DNA from: Gemmatales bacterium
Lineage (GTDB): Bacteria; Planctomycetota; Planctomycetia; Gemmatales; HRBIN36
DNA: 64,000 nucleotides
Assembly: GCA_041640595.1 (NCBI GenBank)
Contig: JBEPZY010000001.1
Location: 992,001 to 1,056,000 of the forward strand
Reading direction: 5' to 3'
Made by a program: the position numbers and the translations under genes. Below are positions 1 through 8,920 of this stretch, piece by piece (the first letter of the stretch is position 1; every line of letters starts with the position of its first letter). The notes under the pieces are model-generated. The model saw only the letters and a list, made by a program, of their open reading frames with translations, was not told the origin of the DNA and ran no database searches.

Positions 1-242
1 TCTACGACAACGACCTGTCGCAACTGGTGCAGATTCAAAGCGTCTGGGTCGGGCCGACCAGCTACAGTTCCCGTATTTCACTCATCAAAGGCGGAGTGAG
101 CAGTCCACCGTTGACCACGGCCCAATTGCTGGCTGACAGTGCCGCGGATCAACTCTTCGGCGGTTGGGGTCAGGATTGGTTCCTGCGACTGGCGATCAAT
201 GACCAGCTGCCCGACCGTGTCAGCAACGAACAAATCAATTAG
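1..242 (+). CDS. C-terminal end of a large secreted RTX/hemolysin-type Ca-binding repeat protein (5' part outside window)
   Basis: Open frame from position 3: YDNDLSQLVQIQSVW..SYSSRI..DSAADQLFGGWGQDWF..DQLPD..EQIN*, the D-x-L-x-GG-x-G-x-DWF tail typical of large planctomycete exported proteins. Confidence 0.7.
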   Translation, partial: YDNDLSQLVQIQSVWVGPTSYSSRISLIKGGVSSPPLTTAQLLADSAADQLFGGWGQDWFLRLAINDQLPDRVSNEQIN

Positions 243-319
243 CCCGCCTTCGTCGCCCCTGGAAGTTTAGACCGGTCTCTCTAGCGGCGGGTGTCAGCAA
301 CGAACCGGTCAATTAGCCC
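217..319 (+). repeat. 29-bp direct repeat duplicating the 3' end of the upstream gene (217-245 and 291-319)
   Basis: GTGTCAGCAACGAACAAATCAATTAGCCC vs GTGTCAGCAACGAACCGGTCAATTAGCCC, 26/29 identical. Confidence 0.85.
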
Positions 320-691
320 ATTTCCGGCCTGCTTAGTCGGTGCACTCTGACCTTCGCGTGCAGGCCACAGTAGAATCGCTACAATGGCGGGGATTGGACA
401 GCTTCGTGCCAGTGGTGCACTGGCAGAGTTTCGCTGCTGGAATTTCGCAGAGCGTAGATTGGCGGTGCGCTGTGCTGGCCCGGCTTCGCCTGTGGAATGT
501 CGCCGCCGGCATGGATGCCTCTGCCGAGACGGATCGGGCTTTCATCCCAGGCGAACAACCCGTGTGGCGGAGGACACTGTCCCACGGGAAGGCAAAATTA
601 GTTGCGCATGCCGAACGAATGCGTCTTTGCTGAACAGGATGGCATTCAGGAGCGGTGATGAAACGTTGGCAAGATAAGCTGAGGGCTAACC

Positions 692-2620
692 ATGCACCGT
701 GAGCAGCCTTTGGAACCTGAAGAAGCCAGCCTCGGTTCGGTCTGCGGGCAGACCAGTCCGCTGTCGGAACAAGATCGAAAGTCCGAAGAACCTGCGGCAG
801 GTTCCGGGCCAGAGCAAGCGTCAGGCGCAGCCTTGGCGTCCGATGTTGACGCTGAGCCGAGCCAGGCGGCCGGAACTTCGCTTTCTTCGTCACCGTTGCC
901 GGCGCAGCTGGCGTCGGGCAGTGCATCCGCCGAATCGCTTTCCGGACGGCAAAACGCCGAAGCATCGTGCGGCGCCGCACAATCAAATATCGCGTCCCGT
1001 GAACCCAAGTTGACCGAATATCGCGGCCATGCCGTTGCGGACATTGCGAGCAAGATCGTGGCGGCAACTGTTTCGAATGACCGGACGAGAGCAGAGACCG
1101 AAACCCATGAGCCGAACCCCGGAATTGTCAGGCCGAGGCGGCGGTGGGTGTGGTGGGTGGTGGTTGGGGTAGGTGTGCTGGGTCTGGTCATTGGGCCGAT
1201 TGGGATTTGGCTGACCGTGGTGTGGTTCGGTGGGCTGGCGCAGCTGCAATCGGCAATGGCGGAAGCGGATGCGATTTATCCGCACTGGCGTTGGGAGGAT
1301 TTGATCCGCCAGCGCGAACAAGTACCGCCCGAAGAAAACGCCTGGCCCCTCATCGAACAAATCGCCGAACGGTACCGAGCGAATCCCTACACCGAAACAC
1401 TCGAGAGGAAACAGCGGTTCTGGAATCGCTGGAATCAATATCTGGCATCAAATCCGAACCGTTATTTGCCTGCCGAATTGTCGAAGGAGTTAGAGGACTG
1501 GGTTGCTCACGATCGAACTTTGCCGCTCCTTATCGAGCAAGTGAATCGTCGCCGGCGCGCGCAGGCTCCTTGGCCATACTTGGGAGGAAGTCCGACGCTC
1601 CCTTACCCTATTTCTATAGAATCCGTGTTGTGGCGTAATCGCTCTGCACTAGCGATAATGCATGAGCATTATTTGAATCAGGAGCGTTATCGTGAGGCAG
1701 AAATAGCCGTGTTGGCGGCGTGGAAAGTTGTGACGGCCCTGGACGACATCCCGTCGGAATACTATCAGTCCATCGGCTCAGGTTCTCAAAACTGGGCCAT
1801 TAGGCGATTAGAGCGACATCTTCTGCTAACTGAGTTCTCGCAGGAAAACCGGCAAATAGTGCGTCAGTTGCTCGAGAGGCAGCAAGAGATTGCGCGGCAA
1901 CGGATTTTCTGGGCTATTCGCGCCGAACGAGCACTAGCGCATGAAAGATTTGAGCAGATTCGACGTGGCGAGCTCAGCTTGACTAAAGCTGACGACTGGG
2001 GAGGTGGTTCTTCATGGCTGCCGTCTAACTGGGGTGAATTGCTGCAGCACTATCTCTGGGATAAGCCTAAGGGTGTGCTTATGAGACGGTTCGGCCCAAT
2101 CGTTTTATGGGCCCACCAGCATCAGCTTCATGCCGAAGCAATAAGCGATTGTAACCGCCTGGAAAAAGCCGCTAACAAATCGGATGATGAAGTATCGCGC
2201 GAATGGAAATCAATATGTGAACGAAGATTGCAGGCCTTGCAAAAGTGGTGGTTTACTGGCAATGCTGATAGCATTGCTGGCATTTCACTTTATAACGACG
2301 CACTAAGAAGAAGCAAGATTTTATTAGAAGCGGCAAAGGCGGGACTGGCAGCGGAGGAATTTCGCGTTGAGCACGGTCGTTTGCCCCACGATTGGAACGA
2401 ACTGGTACCGCGTTATCTGCCATCTATCCCGCACGACTCCTTCGCAGGGGGGCCGTTTCAGTTCAAGACCACCGCTGACGGTATCGTCATCTATTCTGTT
2501 GGGACAGACCGCAAGGACGATGGAGGTGATCCAGAGCGAGACATCGTCTTCCGTGTGTACGACCGCGACAAACGCGGTCTGCCCCCCGTGCCGTTCAAAC
2601 CATCGGCCGCTGGACCATAG
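692..2620 (+). CDS. Membrane-anchored hypothetical protein with a C-terminal GspG/pseudopilin-like motif
   Basis: 642-aa ORF; S/A/E-rich N-terminus, one TM helix (WVWWVVVGVGVLGLV), C-terminal LAAEEFRVEHGRLP..L.ELVP.YL.SIPHDSFAGGPF..IYSVGTDRKDDGG. Confidence 0.75.
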   Translation: MHREQPLEPEEASLGSVCGQTSPLSEQDRKSEEPAAGSGPEQASGAALASDVDAEPSQAAGTSLSSSPLPAQLASGSASAESLSGRQNAEASCGAAQSNIASREPKLTEYRGHAVADIASKIVAATVSNDRTRAETETHEPNPGIVRPRRRWVWWVVVGVGVLGLVIGPIGIWLTVVWFGGLAQLQSAMAEADAIYPHWRWEDLIRQREQVPPEENAWPLIEQIAERYRANPYTETLERKQRFWNRWNQYLASNPNRYLPAELSKELEDWVAHDRTLPLLIEQVNRRRRAQAPWPYLGGSPTLPYPISIESVLWRNRSALAIMHEHYLNQERYREAEIAVLAAWKVVTALDDIPSEYYQSIGSGSQNWAIRRLERHLLLTEFSQENRQIVRQLLERQQEIARQRIFWAIRAERALAHERFEQIRRGELSLTKADDWGGGSSWLPSNWGELLQHYLWDKPKGVLMRRFGPIVLWAHQHQLHAEAISDCNRLEKAANKSDDEVSREWKSICERRLQALQKWWFTGNADSIAGISLYNDALRRSKILLEAAKAGLAAEEFRVEHGRLPHDWNELVPRYLPSIPHDSFAGGPFQFKTTADGIVIYSVGTDRKDDGGDPERDIVFRVYDRDKRGLPPVPFKPSAAGP

Positions 2621-2860
2621 CAGCGCGAACGGGCCGATCGTTGATGCGCCGCCTGGTCTCGAAGGCGTCTCCATAGATAACCGTAGCAGCGTGAACCCGG
2701 ACACAGTCTCCGCGTTTTGACAAAAACGAGGGTTCAAGCCAGCGTATCCATAACCATACCAGCGTGAACACCGCGGCTGGAGAGAATGTGCTGCCGTTCT
2801 TGTTCGCGCTTTGCCGAGACTGCCTCGAATGTAGCAGCGTGAACGCCGTGGCTGGCGAGG
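2614..2860. repeat. Four degenerate direct repeats with core TA(G/C)CAGCG(T/C)GAAC
   Basis: Cores end at 2630, 2696, 2769 and 2844 (periods 66, 73, 75 bp). Confidence 0.7.
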
Positions 2861-3272
2861 GAGAGAGTGTACTTCCTGCTGAACTCACCAAGCGCGCCAC
2901 TCTGCACCGCCGCGGTTTATAGAGGTGGGAGGCTCGATTTCTGGGATAGTTAGTTCCTGAGCAAGCTATACGTTGCTGCGGTCGGTGGAGGTGTTAGGGT
3001 GCCAATCTTGCTTGCGGCGGTTCCGGCAGACCTGACACGTTGCGGCCGTAAAAGTCTTTCTCCCGCTCATCAGGAAACGAGGCACTTTCGACGCCGCGAT
3101 CGGTATCCTTTGCTTCATCTGTCGGCCGCCCTTGTGTAGGATGGAACTGACGCGGCCTGTCTGGCCTGGGCAATTTCCCGACCGAGGCGGTCATCAAGAA
3201 CGATTAGATCCCGCCCATAGTACGCCGCCAGGTTTCTGGTATCCCTTGCCGAACCAAGAATGGCGAAGGAAC

Positions 3273-4025
3273 ATGGCTGGGCTGAATTCTCCGCTCGATA
3301 ACCATAAAGCCCTTGAGCAAGCCGTCGAGCATATCGGCAGATGGTTGCCCGAATGTAGCCGACTCGCTCTCGGTGCGGGTCGCACCCTGGAAGCGTTGCT
3401 GCCGTATCTCGCCCGGCTTTGTTCCCGCACCACCGGACTGGTAGTAGTTTCGGCCAGCGAGGTAACCACCCGGAAAGCCGTCGCGGCCGGACTGCCGGTA
3501 ACCTGGCTGGATTCTGCACCGGTGGAGCAAATGCTCCCGGCCGATGATTTACATCTCTTGCTCGACGGTGCCGATGAGGTGGACCCTCATTTGAATCTCA
3601 TCAAGGGCTACGGTGGCGCATTGACCCGCGAAAAGATTCTTGCCGCGGTGGCTCAGCGTCGGATCTACGTCGTAACGCCGGAAAAACTGGTTCCGGTTCT
3701 GGGAACGCGCGGACGTTTGCCTGTGGAAGTCATGCGTTTCGGCTGGCACTGGACGAAACGGCATGTGGAAGCTGTCCTGGCAACAGTGGCGGAATTACGC
3801 TGCGATGCCAATGGTTACCCCGTTGTCACCGATAATGGCCAGTATCTGCTGGATTGTCGGATCGGGCCGCTGGAGCACCCAGCGGAGTTGCTGCGGCGAC
3901 TGCGAGCCATTCCTGGCGTGGTCGAAGTAGGATTGTTTCTGGATCTGGCCGACGAGGTGCTGGTCCTGGAACAGCAGGGAATTCGCGTGCTGAGCCGAGC
4001 GGTAAATTATTCGGACAATGGCTAG
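3273..4025 (+). CDS. rpiA: Ribose-5-phosphate isomerase A
   Basis: DGADEVD, IKGYGGALTREKI, LPVEV, VTDNG and IPGVVEVGLF motifs; AAGGA before ATG 3273. Confidence 0.92.
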   Translation: MAGLNSPLDNHKALEQAVEHIGRWLPECSRLALGAGRTLEALLPYLARLCSRTTGLVVVSASEVTTRKAVAAGLPVTWLDSAPVEQMLPADDLHLLLDGADEVDPHLNLIKGYGGALTREKILAAVAQRRIYVVTPEKLVPVLGTRGRLPVEVMRFGWHWTKRHVEAVLATVAELRCDANGYPVVTDNGQYLLDCRIGPLEHPAELLRRLRAIPGVVEVGLFLDLADEVLVLEQQGIRVLSRAVNYSDNG

Positions 4026-4090
4026 CCTGCTGGCAAACATGGGCGGTAGCGGAGTGCGGACGGCGATTTGACTGGCATACGGAGTGGCGT

Positions 4091-5086
4091 ATGGAACTGG
4101 GTATGGTCGGATTGGGACGCATGGGCGCGAACATGACGCGACGGCTGATGCGGCGCGGTCATCGGCTGGTCGTCTATGACCGCGAGCCCACGGCGGTGCA
4201 GCAACTCCAAAACGAAGGCGCGAGCGGTGCCGCCAGTTTGCGGGATTTGGTGGAGCGCCTGGCTCGCCCGCGAATTGTCTGGCTGATGTTACCAGCGGGA
4301 GAAGTAACAGAGGACACAATTGCCGAATTGCGGTTGCTCCTGCAAGCTGGGGATATGATCGTAGATGGTGGCAACACGTATTTCGAGGACGATCTGCGGC
4401 GGTGGCACGAATTGCAGCGATTCGGGATTGATTATGTGGATGTTGGCGTGAGTGGCGGCGTCTGGGGTCTGGAGCGCGGCTATTGCCTGATGGTAGGCGG
4501 AGAAAAATCGGCTGTGGCTCGGTTGGAACCGATCCTGCGGGACTTAGCTCCCGGTTCGCAAGCAGCGCCGCGCACGCCCGGGCGAACCGGCGAACCGCAA
4601 CCGTGCGAGCTCGGCTATTTGCATTGCGGCCCTGTCGGTGCCGGGCATTTTGTGAAAATGGTGCACAACGGTATCGAATACGCCCTGATGCAAGCCTATG
4701 CAGAAGGAGTGGATTTGCTCCAGGCTGCTGCTCAATCGCAACCGCAACGCGACTGGTGCTATCATTTCGATATCCCGGCCATTCTGGAATTGTGGCGGCG
4801 CGGAAGCGTAGTCGGGTCGTGGTTGCTGGATTTAGCGGCAACGGCGACGCACAAGGATCCCCAGTTGCAGCGATTCTCCGGTCAGGTGCCGGATTCCGGA
4901 GAAGGGCGATGGACGGTGCAGACTGCGGTGCAGCTGGGGACTGCCATTCCAGCTCTGGCAACGGCGTTATTCGCGCGATTCCGGTCACGGCGGGGCAATT
5001 CCTACGGCGAAAAACTGCTTTCGGCTCTGCGGGAACAATTTGGCGGACATCGGGAACAATCGGCGACTTCCACAGCTTCGGCATGA
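4091..5086 (+). CDS. gnd: Decarboxylating 6-phosphogluconate dehydrogenase (short type)
   Basis: GMVGLGRMG, VDGGN, DVGVSGGVWG, GAGHFVKMVHNGIEY, DSGEGRW and FGGH motifs. Confidence 0.95.
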   Translation: MELGMVGLGRMGANMTRRLMRRGHRLVVYDREPTAVQQLQNEGASGAASLRDLVERLARPRIVWLMLPAGEVTEDTIAELRLLLQAGDMIVDGGNTYFEDDLRRWHELQRFGIDYVDVGVSGGVWGLERGYCLMVGGEKSAVARLEPILRDLAPGSQAAPRTPGRTGEPQPCELGYLHCGPVGAGHFVKMVHNGIEYALMQAYAEGVDLLQAAAQSQPQRDWCYHFDIPAILELWRRGSVVGSWLLDLAATATHKDPQLQRFSGQVPDSGEGRWTVQTAVQLGTAIPALATALFARFRSRRGNSYGEKLLSALREQFGGHREQSATSTASA

Positions 5087-5113
5087 GTCCCTCGGCCCAT
5101 TGCGAGTTCGACC

Positions 5114-5806
5114 ATGACCCTTAGACGTGTGCAGGTTTCCGCATCCATTCTGGCGGCGGATTTTGCCCGGCTGGGCGAGCAAATACGCGAAGCCGAAGAC
5201 GCCGGCGTGGACCGCCTGCATTTCGACGTCATGGATGGCCATTTCGTACCGAACTTATCTCTGGGGCCGATGGTGCTGGAATCGTTGCGGCCAATTACGC
5301 GTCTGCCCATCGAAGTTCACCTGATGGTTTGCGAACCGCTGCGGTTTCTGGAAGCATTCGCCCGAGCCGGTGCCGACTACCTCATGGTACACGCCGAGAT
5401 TGACACTCCGTGGTCAGCGATACATACGGCCATTCGCCAGCTTGGCAAAAAGGTGGGACTGGTGTTGAATCCGGAAACGCCAGCGGAATCCATTATCGAA
5501 CGCTTACCGGACGTGGATATCGTGGTGGTCATGACCGTGCATCCTGGTTTCAGTGGCCAGGCGTTTTTGCCGCAAATGTTGCCGAAGTTGCGAACCTTGC
5601 GAGAACGAGTAGATCGGCTCGGTCTGCCTTGCGATCTGGAAGCCGACGGTGGCGTCAACGAAGAAACGGCCCGGCTCGTGGTGCAAGCCGGGGCTAACGT
5701 TGTGGCAGCGGCATCGGCAATTTTTCGCGCTGCCGACGGCATTCCCCTGGCCGTCGAGCGCTTGCGTCGGGCTTTGTCTGAAAACGTAACCTATCGCTCG
5801 TCTTAG
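5114..5806 (+). CDS. rpe: Ribulose-phosphate 3-epimerase
   Basis: SILAADF, HFDVMDGHFVPN, MTVHPGFSGQ and DGGV motifs. Confidence 0.96.
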   Translation: MTLRRVQVSASILAADFARLGEQIREAEDAGVDRLHFDVMDGHFVPNLSLGPMVLESLRPITRLPIEVHLMVCEPLRFLEAFARAGADYLMVHAEIDTPWSAIHTAIRQLGKKVGLVLNPETPAESIIERLPDVDIVVVMTVHPGFSGQAFLPQMLPKLRTLRERVDRLGLPCDLEADGGVNEETARLVVQAGANVVAAASAIFRAADGIPLAVERLRRALSENVTYRSS

Positions 5807-6007
5807 CGACAATCGTGGCGATAAAAGGTATCCTGTCAGGTCGCTGATGACTTCGGAAATTTCGCCCTGGTCGGGATGCCGCTGGAAACCTGGCCCTGGT
5901 GTCACGCTCAGTAGGCGGACAAATTTGCCGGCCGCGGTACACTATCGTAGAGGAGCAAAACCGATATGGTGGCCAAGTTTCCACATTCTGCCCACGGGGG
6001 GTGATCT

Positions 6008-6556
6008 GTGACGCGAATTTTTGCTGTGCTGGCGACGCTGACCGCATGTGCCCTGCTCGTTGCCTTCGGTCTGGGAATGACCCAATTGGTCGAGCCGATC
6101 CCGCAACGGCAAGCCTGGGGCAGTTTTAGCCTGCCTGTGAGCTGGCACATTGTTGCTGCCCTTGTTGCCAGCGTCCTGGTCTTGCTGGTGCACTGTCTGG
6201 TCTTTACCTATTTGCTGGGCACCGGTCGCTGGGTCAAGGAAGTGAGCCAGGCTTACGGCGTACCGCAGGAAGAAGGCATTGCCGCCAGCAGACAGTTGAA
6301 GCGGCAAGCTTATCCGTCGGCGATGCTGGCCATGCTCGTGGTGATTTTTACCGCCGGTAGCGGTGCCGCTATTCACACCGATCCCGACTCCTGGATAGGC
6401 CTGACGCATCCGGTTTTGTCGGTGTTGACGTTGCTGGCCAATGGCTGGGCATTTGTCCGCGAATATCATGTGATCCGCGCCAACCAGGCCGTGCTCGACC
6501 GCATAATGAATTTCGTCCAGTCGCGGCAGGCTATGGCTTCCGGCCAGCCAGCTTAA
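6008..6556 (+). CDS. Hypothetical 4-TM membrane protein
   Basis: 182-aa ORF with four hydrophobic segments and intramembrane His residues. Confidence 0.7.
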   Translation: MTRIFAVLATLTACALLVAFGLGMTQLVEPIPQRQAWGSFSLPVSWHIVAALVASVLVLLVHCLVFTYLLGTGRWVKEVSQAYGVPQEEGIAASRQLKRQAYPSAMLAMLVVIFTAGSGAAIHTDPDSWIGLTHPVLSVLTLLANGWAFVREYHVIRANQAVLDRIMNFVQSRQAMASGQPA

Positions 6557-6602
6557 GTTGCGCTAACGCCAGCCGTGCCAACCGTACGCAGCGTGGCTGC
6601 GC

Positions 6603-7490
6603 TTACAGCGGTTCATCCGCCCAATTGCGGGGAATGAGAAAGTATTCGGTGAGTTGAGCCTCGCGGCTGCCAGGTTCGGGATGGTAATCGTACACGTAGC
6701 GGACTGTAGGCGGCAAAGACATCAGGATAGACTCAACCCGTCCCCCCGTTTTCAAACCGAATTGCGTACCCCGGTCGTACATCAGGTTGAATTCCACATA
6801 TCTGCCCCGCCGCACTTGCTGGAAGAATCGCTCACGTTCGCCGTAAGGTTCGTCCTTTCGCCGGCGAACAATCGGCAAATAGGCGTCGAGAAAGTGATCG
6901 CCGCAGTCCCGGACAAAGGCGAAAAGTTTGTCCAAATCGCCCTGCAAATAATCGAAAAAGATGCCCCCGACGCCGCGATGTTCCCGGCGATGCGGCAGGT
7001 AGAAGTATTCGTCGCACCACTGTTTGAACCGACGATAATCCACCGGCGGAGCGTGCCGCTCGCACACCGTCTTCCACACGCGATGGAAGTGAATCACATC
7101 TTCGCGGTAGGGATAATAGGGAGTCAGGTCGGCACCACCACCGAACCAGGCAGTATCACCTTTGCACAAAAAACGGAAGTTGGCGTGAACAGTCGGCACC
7201 ATCGGGTTGAGCGGATGCAGGACCAGGGAAATGCCCGTTGCCTGAAATGCACGTCCTTCACCAGGCATGGAGCGGGCGAATTCTTCACTGAACTCGCCCC
7301 AGACCTGAGAGAAGTTCACACCGGCTTTTTCAAAGACAGCCCCATCTGCCAGAACGCGGGTACGCCCTCCACCACCACCTGGTCGGTCCCACAAATCCTC
7401 GCGGAAGCGGGCTCGACCATCCACTTCCTCCAGCGCCTGGCAAATGCGGTCCTGAAGCTGACGGAAATACGCTGCCGCTTGCTCAAACAT
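6603..7490 (-). CDS. hemF: Oxygen-dependent coproporphyrinogen III oxidase
   Basis: [35 protein letters not shown] and [18 protein letters not shown] motifs. Confidence 0.96.
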   Translation of the reverse strand: MFEQAAAYFRQLQDRICQALEEVDGRARFREDLWDRPGGGGGRTRVLADGAVFEKAGVNFSQVWGEFSEEFARSMPGEGRAFQATGISLVLHPLNPMVPTVHANFRFLCKGDTAWFGGGADLTPYYPYREDVIHFHRVWKTVCERHAPPVDYRRFKQWCDEYFYLPHRREHRGVGGIFFDYLQGDLDKLFAFVRDCGDHFLDAYLPIVRRRKDEPYGERERFFQQVRRGRYVEFNLMYDRGTQFGLKTGGRVESILMSLPPTVRYVYDYHPEPGSREAQLTEYFLIPRNWADEPL

Positions 7491-8232
7491 GGTCAGCCTC
7501 CTCTGGTGCAATCCGGCCGCAATCGGAAAGAAGTTGGCTTTCCTGGTCGCAGCCTGTTTGCTGAGAGCGGTTGGCGATAAGCCTGCTGGTTTCCGCTTCG
7601 CTTGCCCTCCCCTTGCGAATCGCAGATTTTTGCGAGTGCAAAGATGCCGCGTACATTTTCCGATGCAATATCACGCTTCCTCGTTGCGAGTCCGCGGATT
7701 ATCGCGCCTCTCGGCGGCGAGGACGACTTGCCCATCCGGCCACCGCTACGGTTCGGCTATCGCGTGATTTCGGCCGACCATCGTCTCTCACACCCAGGGC
7801 AATCTACGCCCCATCCCTGCGGATTCCAGGTGAAGAAGCGTTGTCGGGGCCACCTGACCATTGCAGGGAGCATTACCGCGACGCCGGGGCGGTCTGGCTT
7901 TCGCTGGCATCGCAGTTAACCGAATCGTTTGCTCGCCATTGCTCGGCCGAGCAGTCGCTTTCCGTGCACCCTATTCGAGTCTGGTGATTCCGCTGCTGGC
8001 CAGAGCAAGCAAAACCAGCTCCCTGCCGTCTTGTAAGCTGTGGAGGGCAAATTCGGCTCTCGCCGGACGCGCGAGGGCTAATCCACCCCACGCCTTTTTC
8101 AGGTGGGCGATAGTAGCGGCGAGTTGGTGAGTAGCAAACGGCATACCTGGACGAATCGCAAACCCGGTCTGCGCCATAACACTCGCCTGTACAAGGACTT
8201 CTGGAACGGTCAATTTTCCGCCGCCGGCCTCA

Positions 8233-8327
8233 CGCTCTCCCGTTTGGGAATATACGAAGCGGGTCACCGAGGGCGGCACGGAAGGCGAGAAAAGTGCGAG
8301 ACTTCTCCCGCTCTCCCGTTTGAGAAT
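8233..8327. repeat. 19-bp direct repeat pair
   Basis: CGCTCTCCCGTTTGGGAAT (8233-8251) and CGCTCTCCCGTTTGAGAAT (8309-8327). Confidence 0.7.
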
Positions 8328-8920
8328 GCATCAACCGCTTGAGAGAAAACACTGCCGTGGCCCCCCTGCAAATCGCCGGGTGGGTTCCGCCGAGAATCGC
8401 ACGGGGCAACCGAAAGGGGATAACCGGCCAAGTTTTCTTGCATGTCTCATCGCCAGCGTCGAATCGCCCGGAATGGGAATGGAAGCAAGACGTCTTTTTC
8501 TCAGCGTATCGGTGCTTGTTTACGCGAAATCGCACGAAGCAATGGACAAAAAAGGCCATCCAGAATCCACGAGACTGGCCGCCCCATCACCCGGGCAACC
8601 GTGGTTCAGCCGACCACCGCAGATTCTATTGCCGTTCACGCTGGCGGAGGCACTTTACCACGAGCAGAGCCACACTGCACCTCTGCAGGAGAAGACCAGT
8701 GCCTCGGCCCCTCTCGTCGCATCAGAGTCTGCACAGGGCTGACTTGGGGTTTTTGCTTCTGCATGAAACTCGACCTATGCTTAGGATGTCAGGGTAATTC
8801 CATATCGCTAGACGTATTATCCATCACAGAAACAGACGTAAATACTCAGTGCATCGGAAGAAAGGGCGGGATGTGCCTGTTAACGAGAAGGATTCGATGC
8901 GATCGGGGAGACACCACGCC

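Noticed and set aside
333..1191. Long antisense ORFs (also 3795-5084, 6654-7580, 50073-51008, 54611-55540, 56597-57499)
   Set aside because: Shadow ORFs overlapping well-supported genes in GC-rich DNA, with no recognisable motifs
2595..2900. FTLL/FTLV in minus-strand ORFs as prepilin motifs
   Set aside because: They are translations of the DNA repeat core and lack the Glu5 and hydrophobic helix
8339..8797. Possible integrase fragment (LFTRNRTKQWTKKAI)
   Set aside because: Only a faint resemblance; no H-x-x-R or catalytic Tyr region
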